64,000 nucleotides of DNA from Chrysomallon squamiferum (taxonomy: Eukaryota > Animalia > Mollusca): NCBI GenBank assembly GCA_012295275.1, contig CM022672.1:19840001-19904000 (forward strand). Direction: 5' to 3'. A program made the translations under genes and the position numbers. Below, piece by piece: positions 15,751 to 29,461 of the stretch (position 1 is the first letter of the stretch; each line of letters begins with the position of its first letter). Below the pieces are notes generated by a model. That model made no database searches and was not told the origin of the DNA. It saw only the letters and a list, made by a program, of their open reading frames with translations.

Positions 15751-17760
15751 ATATATGTAAATATAGCAAAACGCATTGTTTGTGATTTAATTATTTATTT
15801 TAATTATTATTTCGCCAAATTTCTAAATAGTTAATGAGTTGAACTGAAATAAATGTTTCTGTGTTTCAAGTTTATTTTTTTAAATAGTTTATATATCTTT
15901 ATTTTTCGTTTGTTATAATTAATTTTACTAACTGATGTTACTGATATAATCCAGATATTTTCAATGTTATTTCATTTTATATGTACAACATCAGCTAATT
16001 GGAAGAGAGAACGAGATAAAGTAATAAATTTAGTAGTTGTTGTCAATGATAAAAGTAATAATAGAGTTAATAGTTAACGTCGTTGTAGTAGTAGCAGAGG
16101 CAGTGGTAGTAAAGATAGTAGTAACAGTAGTATTAGTATGAGTAGTAGTAGTAGTATGGAAAAGAGGGACTGGAGAGAAAGAACGAAGGAGAAATAAAAA
16201 TTATAATAGTTTTTAAAATTGCCTCTATGTGTACATAACAGTCTCATGGTCAATTTCTACAGCAAATTTAAATCACAGACGTTTTAAGCCTACAAATAAC
16301 TGTAAGTCTGGTCTTTCATTTCACGCACTATCGGCCACATTTCCTCTCGCTTATCAAACCTTACAAGCAAACGCGTTTCGTGACAAAACATCTGCGTTAT
16401 TTAAGAACAAACAGTGTAAGCTTTCAGCTGACAAACAAATTCACCCGTCGTTACTACATCCCTTTTAAATACTCGACTGTTTATTGAAACTGATAACTTT
16501 ATATCTCTCTAGGTAGGAGGTATATTACGTTCATTATACGCCAGAATGTCATGATTATACTGTAATTATCCTATAACGTTTTCGTTTTCTTTTTTTTTCG
16601 CCCTGTTTTCTTTTTTTATTTATTTTACTCCCTTACACTGGTATAAAATATATAGTGGTAATAAATGATCGGCTATTTGTGGAAGACACGAACATCTTAA
16701 TAAGAATCATCTGCTGTTGATTTCTTCTTCTGTTTTATTACTAACTTTTCACGAAAACGGCTCAGGTATCCGTAACCATCGATAACGTAGAGTTTTCCGA
16801 TATCAGCGACCTATTGTTTTTGTTGTTGTTGTTGTTGTTGTTTTTTTTTTCAGATCAACATAACAAAAATAACAACAACAACAACAAAAACGTCTTGAAA
16901 TTTACTGGAATGTCATGTGTGATCTTTATCAGATATCTTGTAAGCCCCGTGTCCAAAACGGATTACACAATCAAGTTTAATTCTATAAAAGTTGACACAG
17001 CAAGACGTATAAAATGTCAAACGATTATAATGATCGGTGGCTAAACACGCAGCTAGCAGTGCAAAACCGTGCTGCGACTTGCTTCCTTTGTCAGAAATAC
17101 TTTATTGTGTAGACCACAAATGGACAATTTAGTAAAGATAATATTGACTGTCAATATACTCTCAGGTGAAACAGGATTTTATTTTTCGGCCCCCCGTTCT
17201 TCTTTGTAGTCATTGATGTGTGCTTATATATTTATAAGTGACCACAGCTAAAAGTGGTACCCCCTGGTTTACACTGAGTGGTAGTCTGACTACAATAGTT
17301 CTTCTCACTATTTCTTCGGGTGTGGAATACAAGAGATATGAAACTGGGCGTTTTGTGACAAATGAGCTGTGACAGGCTGTGATCTGACTGTACAGCGTCT
17401 AGCTGCTGTGACATTTATTTTCGAGTGTTTTCTTTATTCGAGTTAAACAGGAAGCATTAGCTCCGTTGAGTAACTGAGTTTTTTTTTTTTTTGCATATAT
17501 CGCCTGGTTCTGGTGTTATGCTCTGAATATGTGATTTTTTTAATTGTTTTTGTCGCTTAAAGGAAAACTGGCACGGATATCTTATATTTTATTTCTACTT
17601 TAAGTGGTGAGCTGTACATAAAAACATTTTGTTTGGCTCCTTCGCGTGAAAAAACAAATTTATTTTACACCATATATTGGATATCAGTAACAGATGCATA
17701 ATTTGTAAAACAAAACTACCAACATTTAAGAGAGAATTCTTTAGCCTGAATACGTCACAA

Positions 17761-18462
17761 ATGGATGAAGGACGAATTGGATTCGTAAAGCGACAGGAGG
17801 ACAAGCACAGGAAATTCGCCTGCATCCTCAACGACATCATCAGAAGTCAGGACGCCGAGTATCAGAACATTCTAAAGAGAGAGAGACACGAGATGACGTT
17901 CAAGTATTTCAAGAACTCCTTGCACGTCAAGCAGTCGCTGGCGAGACAGAACATTCTTCAGAAATGTCTGGCGATGAGGAGGCGAGCTGCCTCCGACGAG
18001 CCGAGGATTCAGATGTTTGGCCAATATGGCGGCATGCCGCTTCACGGTTTCCACAGGGACGTGGAACAGTACATTAAGGAGATGCATCCAAAGATGAGGC
18101 GGTTGAGGAAGGTGCAGAAAATGCTGAGGAAATCCAAAGAAGAAGGAGCTATTCTAGACGAAAGCGCAACGGTGGAAAAAATCGAAGATTTCTTTGGCAA
18201 ACTCACGAATGATTTATTTAATGTCAAGAAAACGCAAGTCAATCATCCTCAGGATGGTGATGATGAATCTGAATCTCGAGAGGTGAATTCTGAAACAATA
18301 AAAAGTCGTGACTACGAGGCCAGGATTGCAAAACGAGGACTCAGCAGACATTATGTCTCTGAAAGAAATGACGAAACAGACGGAACTAAGACCAAACTAA
18401 ACAGTCGTTCAGCTCTAGTGTTACCACCCATTTCCTCATCAAAAGCGTTAGTTCAGCACTGA
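17761..18462 (+). CDS. Uncharacterised 233-aa basic/coiled-coil protein, single coding exon (MDEGRIGFVKRQEDKHRKF...LVLPPISSSKALVQH)
   Basis: Longest non-repetitive ORF in the window. GC content rises sharply from the ATG at 17761 (context ACAAATGG). Amino-acid composition is complex. AATAAA at 18761. The track start at 17677 is a TTG. No family recognised. Confidence 0.85.
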   Translation: MDEGRIGFVKRQEDKHRKFACILNDIIRSQDAEYQNILKRERHEMTFKYFKNSLHVKQSLARQNILQKCLAMRRRAASDEPRIQMFGQYGGMPLHGFHRDVEQYIKEMHPKMRRLRKVQKMLRKSKEEGAILDESATVEKIEDFFGKLTNDLFNVKKTQVNHPQDGDDESESREVNSETIKSRDYEARIAKRGLSRHYVSERNDETDGTKTKLNSRSALVLPPISSSKALVQH

Positions 18463-18939
18463 CGTGTGTTCTACTGTGTGTCCGCACTTCTTCCTGTTTT
18501 TATACATATCAGTTTACATTGTTATTTGTGCTTTCAGATTTCAGAAGCAAACTGACAAAGACGTCTGCAGTTTTCTTCGTGGCGAAATCAAATTCGCGAG
18601 AGGTATAAATATGGTGAAAGTGATGTACTGAGAACTGAATATATATATTATGTATTTATGACCATACTCAATGCAAAATATTAAAATTTCTTTGATAATT
18701 TAATCATTATTGTTGCAAATGATAAAAGTATGGCCATGATAAAATATTCGATTATACCCCAATAAAAGGAGTAAGAGATTCCAGGATTAAATCTCCTACG
18801 TTCGATCACTGGACAATATTACGATTCACCTTCTCTCCTGTACATGAAGAGTACATCAAAAATGTGATGTTGCCAATCGGTAAGAGTAACACATAAAGTC
18901 CACTGAAATTATGATTTAAAAAATCACTTAAGACCTAAT

Positions 18940-18975
18940 AATTATAAAATTAATAATATAATATGCTATATGTGA

Positions 18976-19033
<58 letters not shown>

Positions 19034-19136
19034 TGTTAGTGTGTTTAAGGTAGAAAGTTTTTCTAAAACGCATGTTTTTAAAATTATTTTGGGTATATAG
19101 TTTTGTTTCCTATAAATGAAATAAAATTTCGTGGAA

Positions 19137-19210
<74 letters not shown>

Positions 19211-20303
19211 TATTATTATTATTATTATTATTAACATGGAAAGATTAAATATCCGAAACGTATTTTAAAATTAATTGACTGTCATTTGGTAACTTTAAAA
19301 ACATCATTCTTTACTAACAATAAAGTATGACAAAAAATATCAGTTTCAACATCGATTATCGCTCAGGCAGTATGGGCTGCGAGAGTCATACCAGGCTGAT
19401 TTTAAGCCCTATCATTTACATATACATACAAAGTCACTAATTATTAAAATTTGATGCGGTCTTCTTAATATACTTCCTCATTATTTTCTGTCGACAGGTG
19501 AGTCTAAGATTTCAAGCCAAAGCGGAGAACTAGACTTAAGACCCCTAACATATCTGTCTGTCTGGATCCGCCATTGCGTTTATGAGTTCTCACGAAAGAA
19601 GTTAATTGAATGTAACATGCCAATCCCTTATAACTAGAGGTGGCGTGAACATTCTTCTTTACGTTCTAGATCAGGTTAGACTAGGCTGTTGTAGGATCGC
19701 ATTTCAGCCGTTTTTAAACCGAGCACTGTTTACACGAATACAATACGCTTAATTTAATAAGTGTCTGCACTGATTCGTTGGAGGTACTCCTGTTAAAGGA
19801 TGGTTGTGGAAAATTATATTTTCTTGACATTTTTCATTAAAACACATCATAAAGATTAGAAGAGCTTCGGGGTCGACGTGTATCGAGATAAAAGTGAAAC
19901 GAAATTAACGGAAGAATATGTTTACTGACACCTTTACCCAGTCGTACTCTTTTTTTTTTTTTGTTGTTATTTAATGGTGGATTGGCAGAGATCACTCGGT
20001 GTCTTTGTTCCATCGGCCTCTCCTATCTTTTAGCAGCAAAATATCTAAAATATGTACCTTCCCTTAGAATGGGAATAACAGTCAATGGGAACCGGCAGAG
20101 GACTGAAATAGGAAATGATTACTGCACAACTATCAACATTTAATATACACGCACACAGCCTGAGCTATAATCGATGTTGAAACTGATACTTTATGTCATA
20201 CTTTATTGTTAGTAAAGGATGATGTATTTAAAGTTACCAAAAGACAGTGATGTGATTATAAATTGCATTTCAGATATTTAATCTTTCCTTGTTAATAATA
20301 ATC

Positions 20304-20366
<63 letters not shown>

Positions 20367-20469
20367 GGCACGAAATTTTATTTCATTCAGAGGAAATAAA
20401 ACTAGATAATCAAAATAGTTCTTAAAAAATGCCTTTTAGAAAACTTTCTACCTTAAACACGCACACACA

Positions 20470-20527
<58 letters not shown>

Positions 20528-20540
20528 TAAACTTAATTAT
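18940..20540. repeat. Long imperfect inverted repeat: arms ~18940-19368 and ~20158-20540, spacer ~790 bp
   Basis: CTTTACTAACAATAAAGTATGACA...TCAGTTTCAACATCGATTA-CGCTCAGGC pairs with GCCTGAGCTATAATCGATGTTGAAACTGA...TGTCATACTTTATTGTTAGTAAAG. GTGTTTAAGGTAGAAAGTTTT pairs with AAAACTTTCTACCTTAAACAC. (GT)n/(AC)n and (ATT)n/(AAT)n tracts are mirrored. Confidence 0.9.
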
Positions 20541-20875
20541 TGTCAATGTACATATCTGTGAATATGTATGTATGTATTTATGTGTGTATGTGGGTAGAAA
20601 TGTATGAATGTATATATATATTTATATCTGTTTGTATGTATGTATGTATGTTTGCTTATATGTATGTATGAATACTATATAACCTGAAATGTAACTCAAT
20701 TTATACAAATGATAAATGCATATGGTTATAATTTTTTTTTTTTTTTGTTTGGTGCATATTTATCAGAAAAAAAAATATAAATATATAAATAATTAGCTAA
20801 TAAAATATGAAAAAAAAATGTAACTGTAGTTATATTTGTTACAATCCATCATCAAAACAAAGTAATAAATCTTTA

Positions 20876-20909
<34 letters not shown>

Positions 20910-20922
20910 TTTTCAATTTTTT

Positions 20923-20956
<34 letters not shown>

Positions 20957-21388
20957 TTCTTTAAAATGTACATCTTATCTGTACGATATCTGATAAATTT
21001 CTTGGAATGTTGTCAGTCATATTAATTTTTCTCTAGAACTAAGACACGCATCACCTAAGTTAACGATCACGGCGTAGACTCATTGCTGGTTTTGTATTTG
21101 TCATAAATACACATTTCATGTCAGTAAATAGACTCGAGTAGACTTATACAGATATTTAATATATTCTACAAACACTGAGATCGTGAGTAAGATCACTGCT
21201 TCTGGTTTAGCTTAAACGAGAGTCCGATTTCGATTTATACCTTCAAAAAAAAATATATATATAATAAAAAATTAAACAAAATTAAATTGTTTTCTAGCGC
21301 TGAGCGACTGATCGATTTAGAATAGTTAACTGCAATTTAGTAAATGTATTTTGTTTTTTTGGTTAATTTAATTTTTTTGGTTGAGGAG

Positions 21389-21519
<131 letters not shown>

Positions 21520-21700
21520 AATTGTATTAGATTTACTTTTATAGCAGTTAACTCTTTACTGTAGTCAAAATTTTTATATATAATATATTTTACTTCTTCC
21601 TACCTAACGACTGTTTTTGTTTATCTGGTAATGTCATTTTTGTTATTAAGGCTTTTTTGTTTTTCTTTATTTATTTTCATTTATTTTTACTTGTTATCTT

Positions 21701-21775
<75 letters not shown>

Positions 21776-23030
21776 ATTTCAGCGAGAGACAGAGGGCGCC
21801 TGTATGCTGATTTTGAAATTTAAAAATATAACTATTATTATTAAAAGATACCCACAGCTAGTTTACGTAAGATAGTATGATTACGTTATTTTCTGTTTAT
21901 GAGAAAGTGCTTATTTAAAAACCCAACCCATGCTGTCTATCTGCACTGGTTTCCTCTTTCGTTGGCTGGTAATGAAACGCTCTGAAATGCGGTTAAACAA
22001 ATATGCAGTTATTCGTTTGACTCGTTCGCACAACAGATATTGAATATCTTATTAAATTCGTCTCGTGTCGTTCAAAAGAAATACTCCTGTCATCGATTAA
22101 CAAATACAAGAACACTCTATTCCTCTTACAACACGATCGCTTACAAAAAGAAATTCAGATCCGCGTTATTCGAGCATTACAATTACACCACACAATGTAG
22201 ATCTTCTATGCTTACTTTCTCCCACTTACCACATACCACGATATACCTTACCTGTTTATGCGATATCTACCTGTGTTGATTTAATTGAAGAAAAAAAAAA
22301 AAACTGTATTAAAAAAAGGAGCATGATTCTTGTGACAGAGGTAATTGAAATCTTCGAATAAAACCTGATTTGATCAAGTACTCTTTTGTCGAATGTCTTA
22401 TTATGCTTCATTCAATTGACAGTAATGAATTGAAAGGGTAGACTGATCCACCCCTAACAGAGATCATTATCTCTAACTCTAGCGGGACTGAATTACATTA
22501 GGTGTCCGTTCATGGAACATTCAACAACGGGGTACTAAAAAAAGGTATTATAATAATAATAATAATAAACAAAATTAATGAACACAATACAATATATTTT
22601 ATTCATTTTCTTGCACAGACAGCATTGAAGACAATGGAACAAAGGTGTGTTTAGTAAGTCAGGCATGAAGCACCATATATATATAGATTATACACACACA
22701 TACACACACACAAACACACACACAGATGTGTATTATAAAATAATAGAATTACGAAGAAGAAACACAAACATGCAAATAGGTTCGTTTTCAGATTGTCGTC
22801 TTTTATTTATTCATTGTTTTTGTTTTTAGCTGTTTAATGTGATGGGGTAAGATCACGGTGCGTATGCGTGTGTGTGTGTAATGCTTGTTGTGTGTACGTA
22901 TGTACGTACGTGGGGGAAACTGTAAGTGAGAGGGGGAATCACTGAGTGATGGGTTTAAATAAGTGAGTGTGCAAGTAGGTGCGTGAGTGAGTGAGTGGTG
23001 AATGAGCGTGTGTGTGAGTAGGGTTGACTG

Positions 23031-23131
23031 AGTGTGTGGGTGTGGGGGTGAATGAGTGTGTGGGTGTGGGGGTGAATGAGTGTGTGGGTGTGGGGGTGAA
23101 TGAGTGTGTGGGTGTGGGGGTGAATGAGTGT
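23031..23131. repeat. 24-bp minisatellite x~4 (GAATGAGTGTGTGGGTGTGGGGGT)
   Basis: Read directly; embedded in (GTGA)n-like sequence. Confidence 0.9.
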
Positions 23132-24156
23132 GGGGAGTGGGTGAGGATGAGTGAGCGAGTGAGTGATGAAGAAGTTATTCAGACAGTAACCATCCACTGG
23201 TATCATATAACTCACAGCTTGATATATTTATTTAAAATATTAAAATCACATACTTCAGGTTATTGTCATTATTGGAGGAAATGAAAGAAAGGATCAAAAT
23301 AACAATTTCAAGTCCCAAATGAAACATGTTGCATCCGTATACCATAATTTTTAATACTGTTACCAAATCAGCAAAACGTAAAACCGTTTACTCGCCTCGA
23401 CAAGGGAAATAAAGCCTGAAATATGAATTTGCCAACGAGCCTGGGATCAATCAGTACGAGCTGCAGGTTAGTGCACCTCTTACAGTACTTGCATCCTTAA
23501 AGAATATATCTGATTTAGGCACAAACATCGGCTAGAACAATCAAAACGTATCAAAAATATATCTTCAAAGAACTATTCTGCTTGCTCGATAGCTACCTAC
23601 ACTTATCTCTGAATTGTTAATAATTATTTTTGATTTTCGAAAAGGTAATGGAACTCCAGTAATAATAACTACTTTGGTTATGTTAAATACTATTTTTTTA
23701 AAAATCTCAGAATTTCACTAACTCTGAATTTCTATATTACCTATAGCATTATCTGAAGATGCAGTAACTATTATATCTATTAATTATTTTCTAAAACATC
23801 TGGGAACGTTAGCAACTATGTAATATCCTTTAATGTTATTTAATATATCATGGTACTTTTTTTAGAATATTAAATAAAATATCACAGCACTTTAAAATAA
23901 CACAGGTTATTAAAATATTATCAAAATTATCGCGGCACTACAAATATTACTCCGAATATTAAAATATTGCGACACTTCATTCAATAAAATGGATATTATT
24001 ATATAAAATATCGCGGAACTTCATTAATTATTCCGGATATTAAAATATTTCGGCACTTCATTACTTTGGATATTATTATATAAAATATACTTCAGTAATT
24101 ATTCCAAATATGAAAATATTGCCGAAAATATCGCCACCCTTCATTAATTGCACTGG

Positions 24157-24700
24157 ATATTAAAATATTACCTAAATATGTCGGCATTTCGTTAATTATT
24201 CTAGATATTAAAATATTACCTAAATATGTCGGCATTTCGTTAATTATTCTAGATATTAAAATATTACCTAAATATGTCGGCATTTCGTTAATTACACTAG
24301 ATATTAAAATATTACCTAAATATGTCGGCATTTCGTTAATTACACTATATATTAAAATATTACCTAAATATGTCGGCATTTCGTTAATTACACTAGATAT
24401 TAAAATATTACCTAAATATGTCGGCATTTCGTTAATTATTCTAGATATTAAAATATTACCTAAATATGTCGGCATTTCGTTAATTATTCTAGATATTAAA
24501 ATATTACCTAAATATGTCGGCATTTCGTTAATTACACTATATATTAAAATATTACCTAAATATGTCGGCATTTCGTTAATTACACTAGATATTAAAATAT
24601 TACCTAAATATGTCGGCATTTCGTTAATTACACTAGATATTAAAATATTACCTAAATATGTCGGCATTTCGTTAATTACACTAGATATTAAAATATTTCC
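24157..24700. repeat. 48-bp minisatellite, ~11 near-perfect copies, with decayed flanking copies from ~23860 to ~24800
   Basis: Unit ATTAAAATATTACCTAAATATGTCGGCATTTCGTTAATTA[CACTAGAT/TTCTAGAT/CACTATAT]. Confidence 0.97.
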
Positions 24701-25521
24701 TAACTATCATTATTAATTATACTGGATATTAAAATATTGCCGAAAACATCGTTGTACTTCATTAATAACTTTAGATATTAAAATATTACTGAAATATCAT
24801 GGTATTTAAATAATTGTGATCAAACAAATGTTTTCGTCGATTGTCAGTTAACTGTATTTTTTTCAACAAAAAAAATTTCATAAAATAGTATTTTTAAAAT
24901 TATTTTTGTTATTATTATTATTACTTATTCGTTTCGCTGGGTAAAATAAAAATAAAAAGTGCAATTCGTATTTTTTTAGAACTAAATTAAGTGCATTTTC
25001 ATGAAGTTTATACACTGCAGCGAATTCTTATATTTATTGTATTATTTTCTCTTTTATTCAGTATTTATTTCAAAGTTAAATAACGTTAAGTTAAAACTGA
25101 AGCTGAATAAATAACAGTGTGTGCTGACAGCTAGATAAGACAGACAGACAGACAGACAGACACACAGAAAGATACAGAAATATATGAAAAATATACAAAA
25201 ATATTCATACACAGATAGACATGAGATACAGAAGGAGTGAGAGAGACAACAAGAAAGACAGACGTACATACATATTTATATAATCATAAATAATATTTCA
25301 ATAAATAAATTTTCTTTCATAAATAAAAAAATAAATAAAAAAAAAGCCCACATGATTCAAAATACACAACACTTGTATGTAACAGTTTTACAAAGCTGAG
25401 CATTAAGTAGCGCAGTTAACGATGAAACTGAAAATGCCATGTACCATATAAATGTTTATTTTATCAAAGAGTCCTTTCTTTATCACCTTTGTGTCTGGAA
25501 ATACGCTGCAGAATGATGGCT

Positions 25522-25572
25522 TTAGATTCGTTTGAACTTCTGAATCATTTCTTTGCCTTTACATAGCGAGCT
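25522..25572 (-). CDS. FABP-B coding exon 4 (SSLCKGKEMIQKFKRI*)
   Basis: Acceptor cttgcag; 51 nt ending in TAA; same length as the last coding exon of both paralogs. Confidence 0.88.
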   Translation of the reverse strand, partial: SSLCKGKEMIQKFKRI

Positions 25573-26156
25573 CTGCAAGATTAAGCAAACAAAAAAAAAT
25601 ATTGTAAATTTTCCTGGCAGTAACAATAAATATTTTAATAATATGTTTGTGAGGAGTATGACTTACTGTTGTTGAGTTAATATTAATAATGTGTTAATAA
25701 ATAAATAAATAAAAAAACGTTAAAAGAATTATGTGATACGAAAGAAAATCAGTGGCCAAAGCTGGTTGTTTGATGTTATATAAAAGATGGCTGAGTTTTG
25801 TAAATATGTATGTGTAACAAATTTTGTTAGTAAATTCATAAGAAGTTCTAATCTGATATTTTTTTTTTGTAAATTTATTATTATGTTTTGAATCACAACG
25901 GTGAATAAAACTGAATACTTATTTAAAATAAAGAAGTGTTTTTCCGACATGTTTGAAAAGTAAAAGAGAACGTTATAATTATTTCATTTATTTGTCTATA
26001 TTTTATTTTTACTTTTTTCTTTTTTCTTATTTCCGTAGATTTCTGTATTTCTGATTTTTTAAATATATACATTTTTTAAACTTCTATTTTTTCATTTGTA
26101 TCTGTATTTATTTACTTTTTTATTATTTTATATATACATACATACATACATATACA

Positions 26157-26220
<64 letters not shown>

Positions 26221-26515
26221 ATATTATATACACACTATTAAATGAAAATATATTTTTATTACATACGGGGCAGTTATTCTGATATATTTATTTGTACATG
26301 AAATTGATTTATGACAAAAAGTCGACCATTTGTCACAAAATATTCTAACACGTCTGTCTGTCTTTGATATGTTCGTTCAGACAGAAATTTAATAGCATTA
26401 GTACACATGCACTGCTAGATTGACAGTAACTGTACTCCTCTGATAAACTATATTTAACCGCTTAACAGAGAGTTCTATCAAGGGGAATAATTTCAAAATC
26501 TCAGTCAAGGCTCAC

Positions 26516-26620
26516 CAGTACGATCATGTCCCCTTCTATTTTTCTGGTAGAAGTCCACTCTCCGTCGTTTATCAGTGCGTGCTTCTCCTGACACATAGTG
26601 CCGTCCCACGATATGGTACT
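26516..26620 (-). CDS. FABP-B coding exon 3
   Basis: Acceptor tttccag; 105 nt; STISWDG...WTSTRKIEGDMIVL; donor GTGAGC. Confidence 0.92.
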
Positions 26621-26636
26621 CTGGAAAGGACGAAGA

Positions 26637-26669
<33 letters not shown>

Positions 26670-27432
26670 ACAAAATAATTATTTTTAATTTTTTCTTCTT
26701 TTTTTTGTTGTTCATATTTTGATTTTTTTTTTTTTATTATTATTTTATATATATATATTATATATATATATATATAATTTTTTTTTAATTTAATTGTTCC
26801 TGCTGAATATGGTGTCTTTGCAACCATTTGTTGCATTCAGTGGTGTCATAACGTGAAAAACTTCGCTCTACATTCTTGCTTGTCTATCTTGTAAATCCCA
26901 TTCTTTTGATGGATTGGTTTTCATTAGCAGTTTTTGTTCTTTTTTAAAATTAATTTTATTATTTATTTAATTTTATTTTAATTTTATTATTATTTTATTA
27001 ATTTTATTGTTTATTTAATTTTATTTAATTTTATTATCATTTTATTAATTTTTTTTATTATATATATATATATATATATACTGTTTTTTTTTTTTTTTTG
27101 TGTTTTGTTTTGTATTGTTTTTTTTTTCTTCTGTTGTTTTAAAGTGTTATTAAGTACGTGGATTTGTATGTAAACGTTCCAGTTTCTTTTCACGTTTTTC
27201 TCTTTGTTTTCACTACAGAACACACTTTCTGTGAGACGTGCCTTTATCTCATTTTTATCGGCGCTGTAGAATTACATTACATCGTTCTTGTAAAATTCCA
27301 CTGATGCCAAGTTCAAGATAAAAGGATCTGGACGTCAAAGGAGCAATGTTAGCATGGTTTCCATTACTTTCATTTGATAAAATATGAAAAGAATGCGAAG
27401 GAACGAATTAGCTGTTTATCGCAAAGGCAATC

Positions 27433-27463
<31 letters not shown>

Positions 27464-27475
27464 AATAAAAAAAAA

Positions 27476-27518
<43 letters not shown>

Positions 27519-27824
27519 TTGCTTCAAATTAAGTAGGTAGGGTTGGATAAAACGTTTATTTTACTTGTTATAGTTATTAATCGTAATATCACCCACATCA
27601 AAAAATTAACAACAGGACAATTATCTATCAGGACAGAGAGAAAAAGAGAGACAGAGGAAGCAAAAACAAAGAATGGGAAATAGAGACACCGAAACACAGT
27701 AGGAGAGAGAAGAGAGAGGGGGCGAGAGACAGAGGGAGGGAGCGATTGAGAGAGACAGACAGACAGACAGACAGACTGACATAGAGAACAGAGAGGCAGA
27801 GAGAGAGAATAGAGAGGCAAAGAT

Positions 27825-27930
<106 letters not shown>

Positions 27931-28106
27931 TGATACACAACCCACGGGCTAAATACAGACCGTTTGTTTATACTAGGGTTGGCAACGGTTTATAAGCCAT
28001 TATCTTCGCAAAACGGTACGAATGCCTGTAATATCCACTAAAATACCGTGTAATCCTTTTCATGTTAGAAACGTTCTCTCACTTCACTTCAAACTCAGTG
28101 ACTTAC

Positions 28107-28288
28107 TCTCAGTTTGGAGCCATCTGGGCCTTCATACTCGAATTCTACCCCAGGTGTCCACACGTACGTTTTCGGATTGCCTTGACCTTTGATTTCTGCT
28201 TTGGCTATCCAGTGGTCGCTGTCTTTTCGAGAATATTCAAGAATGTAGATAACATTTCGTAAAACCTCTCGCGCTTCCTTCGGCGTTC
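28107..28288 (-). CDS. FABP-B coding exon 2
   Basis: Acceptor ttcttctctcctaacag; 182 nt open; donor GTAAGT; ends PGVEFEYEGPDGSKLR, matching the FABP G-x-E-F-E...DG motif. Confidence 0.92.
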
Positions 28289-28437
28289 CTGTTAGGAGAG
28301 AAGAAACAAAAACATTTGCGGGATGTAATGTAATATTATAAACAAGATGATACTAGTACTGCTAATAATTATATGAAAATAAATTGTTTCTGTCGTTTTG
28401 GTTTTGTAACTGGAATAAAACAGCTGTTATTATTATT

Positions 28438-28610
28438 AGTAGTAGTAGTAGTAGAAGTAGTAGCAGTAGTAGTAGCAGCAGCAGCTGTAGCAGTAGTAGT
28501 AATAGTAGCAGTAATAGTGGTAGAAATATTGGTAGTAGTAGTAGGAGTATTGGTAGTAGTAATAGGAGTAGTAGTAGTAGTAGTGATAGTAGCAGTTGTA
28601 GTAGTAGTAA
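28438..28610. repeat. Degenerate (GTA/GCA)n microsatellite in FABP-B intron 1
   Basis: Read directly; it is the source of the poly-Ser and poly-Val ORFs in the track. Confidence 0.93.
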
Positions 28611-29359
28611 TGTATCTGTGTTGATATTAGTTGTTATGATAAGACAGTGCTGGTAGTCGACGATTATGATGACAGTCTTTAGGCTTGTGATGACGATATT
28701 TAAATTTACGATGATGACGAATTTATTCTAATTACGATGATGATGATGACGACGTCGACGTTAACGCTTAAGATGAGTTGGACTGACAAAAGCCCACAGC
28801 GAAGGACATTTCCCTTAATCCTTCATCTCACTATTTTAGGCAAATGGCCAAACACTGATCTGCACCCTTCATTTGAATAGCAAACTGCCCACTCTAGAGA
28901 AAGACACTGAATAATAATGTAAACATTTATTTGTTTTCACACTCACAGAGAAAACTCCGTTGCGTCACTTGGGAACTTGTGCTCGGACTAATATGCATGC
29001 TGTGTGTCTAAACTGCCCTGAGTTTACGTCATTTATGCAATCGTTGTTATGAATCATGCATGTTTGGAGAATTTGGTAATTCAGTATTTATGATATTTCA
29101 AAAGCTTGCTGCAATGAAATCTAATGCGGTACAAAGGAATGTTTTCCGCCAGCCATTCCCAGGAGTGAAGTAGAAAAACGTGGCAAATTAACTCGATTTA
29201 ACATTTTTGTACTTCTAACAACATAAAAGTTATTTTGTTGAGAGTATCTGGTGCCGATGTTGTTAGTCGTTGGTTGTGATAGCAGTAATAAATGAGGCAG
29301 GGTTTTTTAGCAACAGAAAATGTAGTAAAGGACGTTATTGTAATAATCGTAGGATGTTT

Positions 29360-29461
<102 letters not shown>

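Noticed and set aside
24092-24667. 191-aa ORF of (MPTYLGNILISSVINE)n, or a CRISPR-like array
   Set aside because: It is a 48-bp tandem repeat that happens to lack stops in one frame. It has no unique spacers, no cas genes, no splice or signal context, and the DNA is eukaryotic.
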